From an uncultured delta proteobacterium (lineage in GTDB: Bacteria; Desulfobacterota; Binatia; Bin18): DNA of 64,000 bases. The stretch lies in assembly GCA_963733195.1 (NCBI GenBank), contig CAVTCR010000052.1:35713-99712 (forward strand). Direction: 5' to 3'. Made by a program: the position numbers and the translations under genes. Below, one piece after another: positions 21,817-32,969 of this stretch. Under the pieces are notes generated by a model. The model made no database searches and was not told where the DNA came from. It saw nothing but the letters and a program-made list of their open reading frames with translations. Every line of letters begins with the position of its first letter. Position 1 is the stretch's first letter.

Positions 21817-24173
21817 ATGCCAATTACCCCCAAGATGGTTGGAACACGTATCAAACGGCGCGAAGATCCCACGTCTCATTACCGGCCAGGCAACCTACAC
21901 CGATGATCTGCAACTCACGGGAATGCTGTACATGAGTGTGCTGCGGAGCATCTACGCACACGCCAAGATCAACAGCATCGATACCAGCCAAGCCAAACAG
22001 CTTCCTGGTGTTGTCACCGTCTTGACTGCGCCGGATATCGCCGGCCAGACGGATGCCGTGCCCACTGCGGCTGAAGTCCCAGGGATGAAACGACCACATC
22101 ATCCGCTCTTAGCCGAGGGCAAGGTCCGCTATGTTGGCGAACCAGTAGCGGTCGTTGTCGCTACCAGTCGCGCTATGTCGCACGTGACGCGCTTGACTTG
22201 ATTGACGTAGACTATGATCCGCTCGATGCCGTCGTTGATCCTGAGCGGGCTCTCGAAGCCGACGTACCTCTCCTGCACGAAGCATTCGGCGATAACATTG
22301 TCTTTCGTGTGGAACAAGCCTAACCCGGCAGTCGATCAAGCCCTGAAAGAGGCCGACGTCGTCGTCAAGTTACGAATCGTCCAGCAGCGCTTGATTCCCA
22401 TGGCGATGGAACCGCGCGTGACTGTCGCGCAGTGGGACCGTGCCATGAAACACCTCACGGTCTGGTCTGCCACCCAAGCTCCTCATCTCATGCGTACGCA
22501 ACTGGCAGAAGTGCTTCGCGTTCCCAGAACATCACGTACGAGTGATTGCTCCAGAAGTCGGCGGCGGGTTCGGCGCCAAACTCAACATCTATCGAGAAGA
22601 GATTCTGGTCCCGTATCTCGCTATGAAATTGGGCAAACCGATCAAATGGACCCAGACGCGACGTGAGGATTTTGCTGCAACCATTCACGGTCGTGGACAG
22701 GTGCAGTACATCGAGGCTGCAGCTAAGAAAGATGGAACTGTCACTGCCATCAAGGCGAAACTTATTTTCGATCTCGGTGCGTATCTCCAATTCTTCACTC
22801 CGATGATTCCCGGCTTCACCGGCCTGTTGATGAACGGGGCGTATAAAATCCCAGCCTTGAGTTTCGAGCAGATCGCCGTGTTTACCAACAAAATGGCGAC
22901 CGACGCCTACCGTGGTGCCGGTCGGCCTGAGGCTGCCTTTATTGCTGAGCGCGTGATGGACGCTGTCGCGACTGAACTGAAACTCGACCCGGTTGAGGTG
23001 CGACGCAAGAACTTTATTCCTAAAGAGGCGTTCCCGTACACCAACCCGACAGGACTGGTGTATGACAGTGGCGACTATGAAGCGGCGCTCAACAAAGCCC
23101 TTCAGATGGTCGATTATGCCGCCTTACGCCAGGAACAAGCAGAGTTACGTACGCAAGGTCGTTACCTTGGTATTGGTATCGCCTCATATATTGAAATCTG
23201 TGGCCTTGGCCCCTCCGTGTTGTTGCCGCCAAAACTCAAAGCCGGTGGGTGGGAAAGCTGCACAGTTCGCGTTGACCCGTCAGGCAAAGTAACCGTCCTG
23301 ACCGGCATCTCTCCACACGGACAAGGCCAAGAAACGAGCTTCGCACAGATGGTTGCCGATGAACTTGGCGTCGATATCGATGATGTCGTCGTGCTTCATG
23401 GTGACACTGCACTGGTGCAATATGGCGTGGGCACGTTCGGCAGCCGTGGGATGGCACTGGGCGGAACCTCATTATTGATGTCACTGAACAAAGTCAAAGA
23501 CAAGGCGCGGAAGATCGCTAGTCACATGATGGAAGCGCCGCCTGAGAGTCTTGAGTTTGGCGACGGCAAGGTTTTTCTCAAGAATGATGAAACCAAGGCC
23601 ATTGCCTTTCAGCAGGTTGTCGAAGCTGCATACGGATTCAAAGCCGGTGTTCCGAACATCGAGCCCGGCCTGGAAGCGACCAGTTTCTATGAGCCTTCTA
23701 ACTGCTTGTTTCCTTTCGGTACCCACATCGCGGTAGTCGAAGTCGATGCCGAAACTGGGGACATCCAATTCCGCCGCTATATAGCGGTTGATGACTGCGG
23801 CAACATCATCAACCCGATGTTAGTCGAAGGGCAAGTACATGGCGGAATCGCGCAAGGAGTTGCGCAAGCGCTGTATGAAGAAGTGGTTTACGACGAAAAC
23901 GGACAATTGCTGTCAGGTTCGCTGATGGATTATGCCGTGCCCAAAGCCGCGATGATGCCGTGGATGGAACTCGACAACACGGTCACTCCCACACCCGTGA
24001 ACCCCCTTGGCGTGAAGGGCGTTGGCGAGGCTGGAACGATTGGTTCCACGCCAGCCGTGGTCAATGCCGTGCTTGATGCGCTTGCTCCGTTTGGGGTGAA
24101 GAATATCGACATGCCGCTACGACCAGAACGAGTGTGGCGAGCGATTCAAGAAGCTAAAGGAGGTCAGGCGTGA
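21817..24173 (+). CDS. Molybdo-hydroxylase large subunit, form II CoxL-like; 5' third frameshifted
   Basis: VGGGFGAK, AYRGAGRPEA, HGQGQET, GTFGSR, EGQVHGG and KGVGEAG. Confidence 0.9.
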
Positions 24174-25135
24174 TTCCGGCAACATTTGCATACTACACTC
24201 CTCAGTCTGTGAACGAGGCTTTAACGTTGCTTGGTCAGTATGGCGACGATGCCAAGATTCTTGCCGGTGGTCACAGTTTGTTGCCCGCGCTCAAGCTCCG
24301 TCTCTCATCGGTTGGGCATCTGATCGATATTGGTCGCATTGCCGATCTTGCCTACATAAAGGAAGATCAAGGCAAGCTCTGTCTTGGAGCACGAACCAGC
24401 CACTATCAGGTGGAATCATCCTCCCTCGTACAACAGAAATCTCCACTACTTGCCGAGTGCGCGAGCAACATTGGTGATGTGCAAGTGCGCAATCGTGGAA
24501 CGTTGGGCGGCAGTCTCGCTCATGCCGATCCCGCGGCGGATTATCCTGCGGCGATTCTCGCGTTAGAGGCAGAGATTCACGCCGTGAGTAATGGCGGAAA
24601 GCGGGTGATTAAAGCTGAGGATTTTTTCGTTGACATGCTTACCACTGCCCTCCAGGCAGGGGAGATCATTACTGAAGTCCGTATTACGCCTTCTGCCGCG
24701 AAAACCGGGAGCGTCTATCTCAAAGTGCCACAACCAGCGTCAGGCTTTGCTGTCGTCGGTGTTGCGGCCCTTGTCACGCTTGACGCGAGTGGCAAATGTG
24801 CCAAAGTCCGCGTCGGAGTCACCGGAGCAGCGGCCAAAGCATTTCGCGCCAAAGATACTGAAGCTGCGTTGACCGGAAAAACGCCAGATGAAAAAACTTT
24901 GGCACAAGCGGCAGCGCAATCCACCAATGGCATCGACGCGAATGGGGATATTTTTGCTTCTGCCGAGTATCGTACTCATCTCGTGCAGGTGTACACCAAG
25001 CGAGCATTGGCGAAGGCGGTTGAAAGAGCAAAAGACGTAAAACTGCTACACAATCGTGATCACGCATTACGTAACGCGGGTGGCCTTAGCGTGTTGCATG
25101 TTACGCTGTTACGCTGTACATGTAGCGTTCTATGA
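24170..25135 (+). CDS. coxM: FAD-binding medium subunit, CoxM-like; the tail runs into a repeat tract
   Basis: AGGHSLLP and VRNRGTLGGSLAHADPAAD. Confidence 0.9.
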   Translation: MIPATFAYYTPQSVNEALTLLGQYGDDAKILAGGHSLLPALKLRLSSVGHLIDIGRIADLAYIKEDQGKLCLGARTSHYQVESSSLVQQKSPLLAECASNIGDVQVRNRGTLGGSLAHADPAADYPAAILALEAEIHAVSNGGKRVIKAEDFFVDMLTTALQAGEIITEVRITPSAAKTGSVYLKVPQPASGFAVVGVAALVTLDASGKCAKVRVGVTGAAAKAFRAKDTEAALTGKTPDEKTLAQAAAQSTNGIDANGDIFASAEYRTHLVQVYTKRALAKAVERAKDVKLLHNRDHALRNAGGLSVLHVTLLRCTCSVL

Positions 25136-25677
25136 AAATCAGTGGCACCCAAACATTTCCCGCTCCTCGTCAAAAAGTCTGGGAGTTTCTTATTGACCCA
25201 CAACGTATAGCCAAGTGTATGCCGGGCTGTGAAAAGCTCGAAGCAGTGGGGGAAAATGAATATAGCAGTCAGATCAATGTTGGTCTAGCCGCCGTCAAAG
25301 GTGTCTACACCGGCAAAGTGAAGCTCGACGAGATGCAACCGCCGTCGCACTATAAAATGTTGATCGACGGCAAAGGCAAGCAAGGCTTCATCAAGGGCAG
25401 CGGTATGCTTGATCTTGAAGAGCAGAACGGACAGACGCTACTCAAGTACAGCGGTGACATTCAGGTCGGCGGTCCGCTTGCCAGTGTTGGGCAACGGATG
25501 ATCGACGGTGCGGCCAAGATGATGATTGGCCAATTTTTCACAGCAATGGAGGCCGAGATCCAAGCCATGCCAGGAGAGGAGGTGCGGCAGGGCGCTGCCA
25601 TCAATTTTTGGCGCTACCTCATCAAGATCATCCGAGAGTGGTTCACCTCGCTGTCGGGGAAAAAGACCACTTCATAA
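25132..25677 (+). CDS. coxG: CoxG/SRPBCC-family protein
   Basis: APRQKVWEFLIDP..IAKCMPGCE and GGPLASVGQRMIDGAAK. Confidence 0.88.
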   Translation: MKISGTQTFPAPRQKVWEFLIDPQRIAKCMPGCEKLEAVGENEYSSQINVGLAAVKGVYTGKVKLDEMQPPSHYKMLIDGKGKQGFIKGSGMLDLEEQNGQTLLKYSGDIQVGGPLASVGQRMIDGAAKMMIGQFFTAMEAEIQAMPGEEVRQGAAINFWRYLIKIIREWFTSLSGKKTTS

Positions 25678-25687
25678 GCTTCACCTT

Positions 25688-25890
25688 GGGCGAAAAGGTG
25701 AAAAGGGACAAAGATGAAAAGGAACAGGGGAAATACGTATCTGCCCTTTCTCTGTTTCCCTGTTCTCCTTTTTTCGACTCCAGACTCCTAGACGCCTAGA
25801 CTTTCCTAGACTGTTTTCTCCGTTTCGCCATTTCCCTTTTACTCCAAGTCTTATTCTTTTCCCCATTGACCCTTTTGCCCATTTATCCCA
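25688..25890. repeat. Composite tract of purine and pyrimidine 7-8-mer arrays
   Basis: gggcgaaaaggtgaaaaggg... arm, tttccctgtt arm, ctagact-type heptamers and tttcgcca-type octamers. Confidence 0.7.
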
Positions 25891-26589
25891 ATGGATCTTC
25901 TAGTCACCGGCACCAAGCACGCCTTCTGGCTACTTCTTTCCGGCGACCCTGAAGTCTGGCGGATCACTTTTCTTTCTCTCCAGATCTCACTGACAGCTAC
26001 ACTTATTAGTTTGCTCGTCGGCATTCCGCTCGGAACACTCCTCGCACTGACTGAGTTTCCTGGCCGCCGTTTCGTGCTGAGCCTCGTCAACACAGGGATG
26101 AGTTTGCCGCCGGTAGTGGTCGGACTCTTTGTCACCATTTTTTTGTGGCGCAGTGGGCCGTTGGGCTTTCTCCGGCTGCTCTACACACCAACAGCGATGG
26201 TACTTGCACAAGTCGTGATTGCTGCGCCGATCGTTACCGGCCTTACGGTAGCGGCAATCCAACAACTCAATCCGAAGCTACGCCTCCAAATTCTCGCGCT
26301 CGGCGCGTCACGGGCACAGCTGGTGTGGCTGTTGCTACGTGAGGCCCGGTTACCGTTGTTAGCTGCGGTGATGGCCGGATTTGGTGGCGTCATCTCCGAA
26401 ATTGGCGCATCGATGATGGTTGGCGGCAACATTCTTGGTCACACCCGTGTCCTCACTACAGCAACTGTGATGGAAACCAGCAAGGGGAATTTTGATATTG
26501 CCATTGCACTGAGTGTGATCCTCCTGTTGCTGATTTTCGCCGTGAATGCGCTGCTCACTTACATACAGCAACGACGACGACCACTGTAG
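25891..26589 (+). CDS. tupB: Tungstate ABC transporter permease
   Basis: LPPVVVGL, GPLG.L.LLYTPTAM and SEIGASMMVGGNILGHTRVLTT. Confidence 0.92.
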   Translation: MDLLVTGTKHAFWLLLSGDPEVWRITFLSLQISLTATLISLLVGIPLGTLLALTEFPGRRFVLSLVNTGMSLPPVVVGLFVTIFLWRSGPLGFLRLLYTPTAMVLAQVVIAAPIVTGLTVAAIQQLNPKLRLQILALGASRAQLVWLLLREARLPLLAAVMAGFGGVISEIGASMMVGGNILGHTRVLTTATVMETSKGNFDIAIALSVILLLLIFAVNALLTYIQQRRRPL

Positions 26590-26602
26590 CGTAGACACGG
26601 CA

Positions 26603-27016
26603 CTATTGCTGCTTCTCCGCAGCTTCGAGCTGAGCAATGACCCGACGAATCTGTACGCGAGCGGCAACGTTCATACCAAGGACGTAGACGGCTGTGCGTC
26701 CGATAGGAGTCAGCCCAAGAATGAATCCGTCATCCTCAAGACGAAAGTGTGTACTCCAGACGTCGGTGCGGGGATTGAAGAGTCGCGTCAATTCACCAGT
26801 GTCAGGGTCGATGCCGGAAAGATTCGGTCCCTTCTTGTTATTGCAGAGGTGACAAGCGAAGGCGAGGTTTTCCAGTTCATCAGGCCCGCGATGCTGTCGG
26901 GCAATGATATGTTCGATGTGAAAGGCGAAATCGGGATAATAACGTTGGTGAACTCTGCAATACTCACAACGACTTTCAGCTCGCTGGCGAACGAGTTGTT
27001 TGGTTTCGTCATCCAT
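26603..27016 (-). CDS. HNH endonuclease
   Basis: RCEYC...EHIIARQHRG...NLAFACHLCNNKKG, LFNPR; TAATG coupling to the upstream small gene. Confidence 0.9.
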   Translation of the reverse strand: MDDETKQLVRQRAESRCEYCRVHQRYYPDFAFHIEHIIARQHRGPDELENLAFACHLCNNKKGPNLSGIDPDTGELTRLFNPRTDVWSTHFRLEDDGFILGLTPIGRTAVYVLGMNVAARVQIRRVIAQLEAAEKQQ

Positions 27017-27285
27017 TACGAGGTTCGTGAGCTGGAGGCACACGCGCGGGCCTTTAATCGCAGAAGCGCCACAAAGTCCATAAGCTCAATGTAAGTGTCG
27101 TACTCTTTGGCTTCAGCGGCATTCAGCATGCCTTCATTGGCCTTTTCGGCCAACTCATCAAGCCGAGCCTGAAAGTCAGCGTGAGGTTCTGGGAGTTCCG
27201 CGAAATGCTGTGCCAACTCGGGGGTGAAGCCCCGCGTCAGATGATCAACAAATCGTTCAAGCGTGGTATCGATCGGCTGGTCCAT
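27016..27285 (-). CDS. Small acidic helical protein coupled to the HNH gene, putative antitoxin
   Basis: 89 aa, QARLDELAEKANEG.L...E..EY; stop overlaps the HNH start. Confidence 0.7.
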   Translation of the reverse strand: MDQPIDTTLERFVDHLTRGFTPELAQHFAELPEPHADFQARLDELAEKANEGMLNAAEAKEYDTYIELMDFVALLRLKARACASSSRTS

Positions 27286-27433
27286 GGGATTTGTCGTATC
27301 ACGTCAGGATGGCAACAGTCAAAAGGGTTTCGATTCAGCGACGTCGCGTAATGGCGCGTGTCAGGTGACAAGAACACGTGCCCATACTAAAAGAAGACAG
27401 AGGAGCGGAAGTCAGTCAAAAGGAAGACGCGTC

Positions 27434-30400
27434 ATGACGTTCGATGAAGTGCTCGCCCAAGTCGAAGCCCTGCTACAGCAGGAGAAGCGGCTTTCCTACC
27501 GGGGCTTAAAGCGGCGGTTTGCGCTGGATGACGAGTATCTGGAAGACCTCAAGGAAGAACTCATCGGTGCCAAGCAGATCGCGACTGATGAGGACGGTCG
27601 ATTTCTGGTCTGGATAGGCGGAGGGGCGGAGGGGGAAACGGCGAAAAGGGGCGAAAGGGGAAAAAGCGAAGAAGACCAGTCGCAGACCTCCGGACATCTC
27701 GGACTCCGACGACCGAGTCCTGACCGCCGAACGGCGGCAGTTGACCGTGATGTTCTGTGACTTGGTGGATTCGACTGCGCTCTCTGCGCAACTCGATCCC
27801 GAAGAGCTACGCGAGGTCGTGCGCGCCTATCAAGAGACCTGTACCGAGGTGATCCGGCGCTACGACGGGCATATTGCCCAGCACTTGGGCGATGGCTTGT
27901 TGGTCTACTTCGGCTATCCCGTTGGCGCATGAAGACGATGCGGCCCGCGCCGTGCGGGCGGGGTTAGAAATTATTTCAGCGATTGCAAGAACAGGTTCCC
28001 TGTTCCCTCTCGCGGGAACAACAGGATAAGGGAACCAGGGTGAAGGCCAACTCCACAGTCCGCATCGGCATTCACACCGGATTAGTCGTCATTGGCGAGA
28101 TCGGCAGCAGTGAGAAACGCGAAATCCTTGCTTTGGGCGAAACACCGAACATTGCCGCTCGGCTCCAGGGCTTGGCTGAACCTGACACGGTGGTGCTCAG
28201 TGCGGTCACGCAGCGGTTGGTATCAGGCTTGTTTGAGTGCCGGGAGCTGGGACCACCAGACACTCAAAGGCATCTCTACCCCGCTGGCAGTGTATCAGGT
28301 CGTAGGCGAGAGTCAGGCCCAGAGCCGCTTTGACGTGGCGGTCAGGAAAGGCTTGACTCCTTTAGTGGGCCGAGAAGAGGAACTCGGGTTGCTGCAGCGA
28401 CGTTGGGAGCAGGCCAAAACCGGCAACGGTCAAGTGGTGCTGTTGAGTGGCGAGCCGGGCATTGGCAAGTCCCGCCTGGTGCAAGCCCTAACTGAACATG
28501 TCCTCACCGATGGTGCTACCCGCATTGAGTTCCGCTGTTCCCCTATCACCAAAACAGCGCCTTCCATCCGATCCTTGAGCATCTGCAGCGGCTCTTGCAG
28601 TTTGCCCAAGACGATGCTCCACAGGTCAAGCTTGCGAAACTTCAACAAATCCTTTCCCACTACCATTTCCCTCAGGCCGATACTTTTCCGCTGATGGCGG
28701 CCTTGCTCTCGTTGCCGCATCCGGACGGGGCACCACCTCTGACACTGAGTCCGCAAAAACAGAAGCAGAAGACGCAAGAAGCATTAGTGGCGTGGATCAT
28801 CGAGGAAGCGGAAAAGGGGACGGTGTACTGCGCTTGGGAAGACCTCCACTGGGCTGATCCCTCCACGCTGGAGGTGCTCACGCTCTTTCTTGGAACAAGT
28901 GTCCAACCGCGCGAGCTGTTGGCTGTACTGACCTTTCGCCCTGAGTTCACACCACCCTGGAAATCCGCGTTCCTCATCTCAGCCAACTCACGCTCAATCG
29001 TTTAGGACGCTCCCAGGTAGAGGCGATGGTCGAGCAGGTAGCGGCGGTAAGTTGCTGCCCACGGAAGTCGTGCAACAGATTGTGAGCAAGACCGACGGCG
29101 TGCCATTGTTTGTGGAAGAGTTGACTAAAACAGTCTTGGAGTCTGTAGAGTCTAAAGAGTCTATTGAGTCTGGAGGAAGACTCGACCGGTCAGCCATATC
29201 GTTGGGCATCCCTGCCACCTTACAGGACGCTCTGATGGCCCGGCTGGATCGGCTCGGAGCAGCAAAAGAGATCGCCCAACTGGGCGCGACCATGGGGCGG
29301 GAGTTTACCTATGAACTGCTGCACGCCGTCTCGCCGGTAGACGAAGAGACGTTACAGCACGGGCTGAAGCAGTTAGTCGAGGCAGAACTCGTCTATCAGA
29401 CGGGGAGTTCCGCCACAAGCGACCTATCTCTTCAAACATGCGCTGATTCAGGATACTGCGTATCAGTCGCTGCTCAAGAGCAACGGCAACAGTATCACCG
29501 ACAGATAGCGCAGGTGTTGGAGGAACGCTTCCCAGAAACAAAAGAGACCCAACCCGAACTGGTGGCGCATCACTACACAGAGGCAGGACTCATTGCACAG
29601 GCCATTCCTTTGGCAACAAGCAGGACAAAGAGCGACCCAACGCTCGGCTAACGTGGAAGCGATTAGTCACCTCACCAAGGGGCTGGATTGCTCCAGATCC
29701 TGCCGGATACTCCAGAGCGCATCCAGCAAGAACTCACGCTGCAAATTACCTTGAGTATGCCACTGATAGCTCACCAGAGGCTATGCGGCCCTTGAAGTAG
29801 AACGCGCCTACACCCGAGCGCTCGAGCTGTGCCGGCAGCTAGGCGAGACCCCGCAGCTCTTCCCCGTACTATTGGCTGCGTCGTTTTATTTTATGCGAGG
29901 GAAGTTACAGACGGCGCGTGAACTGGCAGAACAACTCCTCCGCCTGGCCCAGAATATCCACGATCCGGCACTCTTATGTGGGCCCACATGATGCAGGGAA
30001 TGACCTTGTTCTACCTGGGAGAGTTTGCTCGAGCCCAAGACCAACTTGAGCAGGGAATTGCTCTCTACGATCCCAGAAGCACGCTCTATCCCTTTGTCTA
30101 CGAGTGATAGCAGGACTAGGTTGCCTATCCTTGCGGCCTTGGCCCTGTGGCATCTTGGCTATCCGGGTCAGGCTCTGGAGAGGAGCACGAGGCGCTCGCT
30201 TTGGCCCGAGAGCTGTCTCATCCCTTTAGTCTGGCTTATGCTCTAGACTTGGCTCCCTGGCTCCATCAGTGCCGCCGGAGAGGGACAAGCAGCCCAGGAG
30301 CAGGCAGAAGCGTGTGGCACTTGCTAGCGAGCAGGGGTTTGCGCTCTGGTTGGCATGGGGAATTATCTGCAGGGCTGGGTGCTGGCCGAGCAAGGACAGG

Positions 30401-30955
30401 GAGAAGAAGGGATTGCACAGATACGCCAGGGCTTGGCTGCCTGCGCGGGCCACGGGGGCAGAATTGACCCGGCCATATTTTCTTGCCCTTCTGGCCGAGG
30501 CGTATGGGAAAGTAGGGCAGGCAGAAGAAGGGCTTGCCGTGCTGGCCGAGGCGCTGGATGTGGTGAGACAAAACTGGGGAGCGTCATTACGAGGCGGAGC
30601 TGTATCGGCTCAAGGGCGAGCTCCAGCTAGCGCAGGTCTAGGTCTAGCGTCAGAAAAATCAAAAGTCAAAAGGCAAAAGTCAAAAATCTGAAAATCCAGA
30701 CCCTAGACACCCAAATCCTAGATCCTCAGCAGAGGCCGAAGCATGTTTCTTCAAGGCTATCGACATCGCCCAGAAGCAACAAGCCAAGTCGCTGGAACTG
30801 CGGGCGGTGATGAGCTTGGCGCGTCTGTGGCAGCAACAAGGCAAGCAGAGAAGAAGCTCACAATGTTAGCCGAAATCTACAACTGGTTCACGGAAGGGTT
30901 TGATACGAAAGATTTGCAAGAGGCGAAGGCGTTGTTGGAAGCATTGAGTCATTGA
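27434..30955 (+). CDS. Cyclase - AAA ATPase - TPR protein, copy 2; many frameshifts
   Basis: [10 protein letters not shown].., [43 protein letters not shown] and [18 protein letters not shown]. Confidence 0.9.
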
Positions 30956-31055
30956 GTGATTGAGTCCTTTGAGAAATGGTACCAGCATGGGACAAGTATG
31001 ACACTGAATTTATCTTGATGCGGTCGTAATCAATATAATTTTGGAGAAGTACTTT

Positions 31056-31346
31056 ATGAACAACGGTGAGCTTCTTAAAGAAAAACGCGACGAAATTCTC
31101 CGTCTTGCTGCAGGACACGGGGCGCACAATGTACGTATTTTTGGTTCCGTTGCGCGAGGAGACGCCCGGCCAGACAGTGACATCGATTTTCTGGTTGACC
31201 TTGATGCCGGGCGTAGTCTGCTCGACCTCGGCGGCTTACTCATGGACCTGCAGAATCTTCTTCATTGCAAGGTGGACGTTGTGACCGAAAAAGGACTCCG
31301 GATTCGTATTCGTGCACGCGTTCTTCTGGAGGCGGTGTCACTATGA
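31056..31346 (+). CDS. Minimal nucleotidyltransferase (MntA-type antitoxin)
   Basis: [20 protein letters not shown] and KVDVVT. Confidence 0.92.
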   Translation: MNNGELLKEKRDEILRLAAGHGAHNVRIFGSVARGDARPDSDIDFLVDLDAGRSLLDLGGLLMDLQNLLHCKVDVVTEKGLRIRIRARVLLEAVSL

Positions 31347-31681
31347 GAGAAGATCGTGAGCGATTACTCGATATCTAAGAAGCCATCGAGCGAATCGAGA
31401 AGTATGCAGCACAGGGACAAGAAGCCTTTGAAGAGGATGAACTGATTCAAACTTGGATTGTTCATCACCTGCAAATTATTGGGGAAGCTTCTCGCGCTAT
31501 AACTTCTGCATTGCGAGACCAATATCCTGCTGTGCCGTGGATGAAGATCATCGACATGCGGAACATTCTGGTACATGATTATTTTGGGATCGATACCGAT
31601 GTTGTGTGGTCTGTTGTGGCAACTGATCTCGAACCGTTGAAGAGGAATGTTGTGACGATACTGCAGGACTTGGACACATAA
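31343..31681 (+). pseudogene. HepT/DUF86 HEPN toxin with an in-frame TAA at codon 12
   Basis: Manual translation [20 protein letters not shown]...LQIIGEA...MRNILVHDYFGID; ATGA overlap with the MNT gene; missed by the ORF track. Confidence 0.85.
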
Positions 31682-31787
31682 CCGAACCTCGTCTTTCAAA
31701 GAAGAAGCGAATGTAGCAGATCTTCTTCTTTCTTTTTCTCCGCTTCCCCCTTTCGCCGTTTCGTTCCCATGTTAGTTGTCATTGTCC

Positions 31788-32884
31788 ATGAGTACTTCCT
31801 CGTTCGTTACCGTCTACAACCTCCGCGTCGAAACCGGTGGACGTACGCTGCTTTCTGTTCCGCGTTCGATATTCTTCGAGGCGAGGTATTGGTTGTCCTC
31901 GGTGCGAATGGTGCAGGGAAAAGTACACTTCTGCAAACACTGGCTTTCTTACGAGTCGCCAACGTCAGGGAGTCTGCAGTTTGATGGAGAAACGGTGTCT
32001 TTTCGCGCACCGCCTCTCGACTCTGCGTCGTCGTCTTGCGGTGGTGTTTCAGGAACCGTTACTCTTTGACACCACAGTGGCTGAGAATGTCGCCAGTGGT
32101 CTCAAGTTACGTGGGGTCGCCACGCGCTGTAATCCGGAACAAAGTCAGTCAATGGCTTGAGCGACTCGACATCGCCCACCTTGCTCATCGGCAAGCGCGT
32201 ACTCTCTCAGGGGGAGAGGCACAACGTGTGAGCTTAGCACGAGCTTTCGTACTTGATCCTGACTTCCTCCTTCTCGATGAACCATTTTCTGCGCTTGATG
32301 CCCCAACCCGAGAAGCCTTGATCGATCTTTTTCATCACCTTCAGCGTCAAACCCATACAACCACACTCTTTGTTACTCATGACCGTCAAGAAGCCCTGCG
32401 TCTCGCAGATCGTATTGCGGTGATGGAACGTGGGTCGATTGTCCAGGTCGGCTCTCCAGAAGAGGTATTTAGCCAGCCAGTCAGCGAAGCGGTCGCCAAT
32501 TTCGTCGGGATTGAAACGATTCTCCGTGGGACAGTGGACTCCCAAACCGAGGGGTTTGCAGAAGTCCGCGTGGGCACAGGGCAACGCATCGCTGTTACTT
32601 CTATTTTACCACCTGAAACCGAGGTTGCGCTGTGCCTCCGTCCCGAGGAGGTTACGCTCCTGGCTCCGTCGGAAACGGTGATACCTTCGAGCGCGCGCAA
32701 TTATTTCTCCGCGCGAGTGACACGCATTCTTCCGTGGGGAATCACGTTCAAGGTGCATCTGGATTGTGGTTTTCCCCTGGTGGCGTTTGTCACTCGCCCG
32801 TCGCTTGATATCCTGCATCTTGCTGAGGGGAGTGTTGTCATTGCCACGTTCAAGGCAACTGCGGTCCATGTGATTGCGCAGTGA
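31788..32884 (+). CDS. tupC: Tungstate ABC transporter ATPase with C-terminal TOBE domain; 5' frameshifts
   Basis: GANGAGKS, LSGGEAQRVSLARA, LLLDEPF, FVTHD and SSARN...FKATAVHV. Confidence 0.88.
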
Positions 32885-32969
32885 CGGAGATGCACGCACT
32901 GCTTCTGCTTTCCGTATTCCCCCTTTTCCCTCTTCCCCTTTTCGCCGCTTGCTTGTCATGCTCTCTCAT

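Noticed and set aside
21817-24173. Genuine aerobic CO dehydrogenase (form I)
   Set aside because: The active-site loop is AYRGAGR rather than AYxCSFR, and the gene order is S-L-M
25030-25135. Novel C-terminal extension of CoxM
   Set aside because: It is translated repeat tract, and a one-base change near 25035 would give a normal stop
26546-27094. 182-aa plus-strand ORF, and similar long antisense ORFs such as 6152-6754, 11715-12527, 16101-16736, 31364-31699, 45514-46158 and 48929-49588
   Set aside because: Shadow frames of well-supported genes on the opposite strand, with no recognisable motifs
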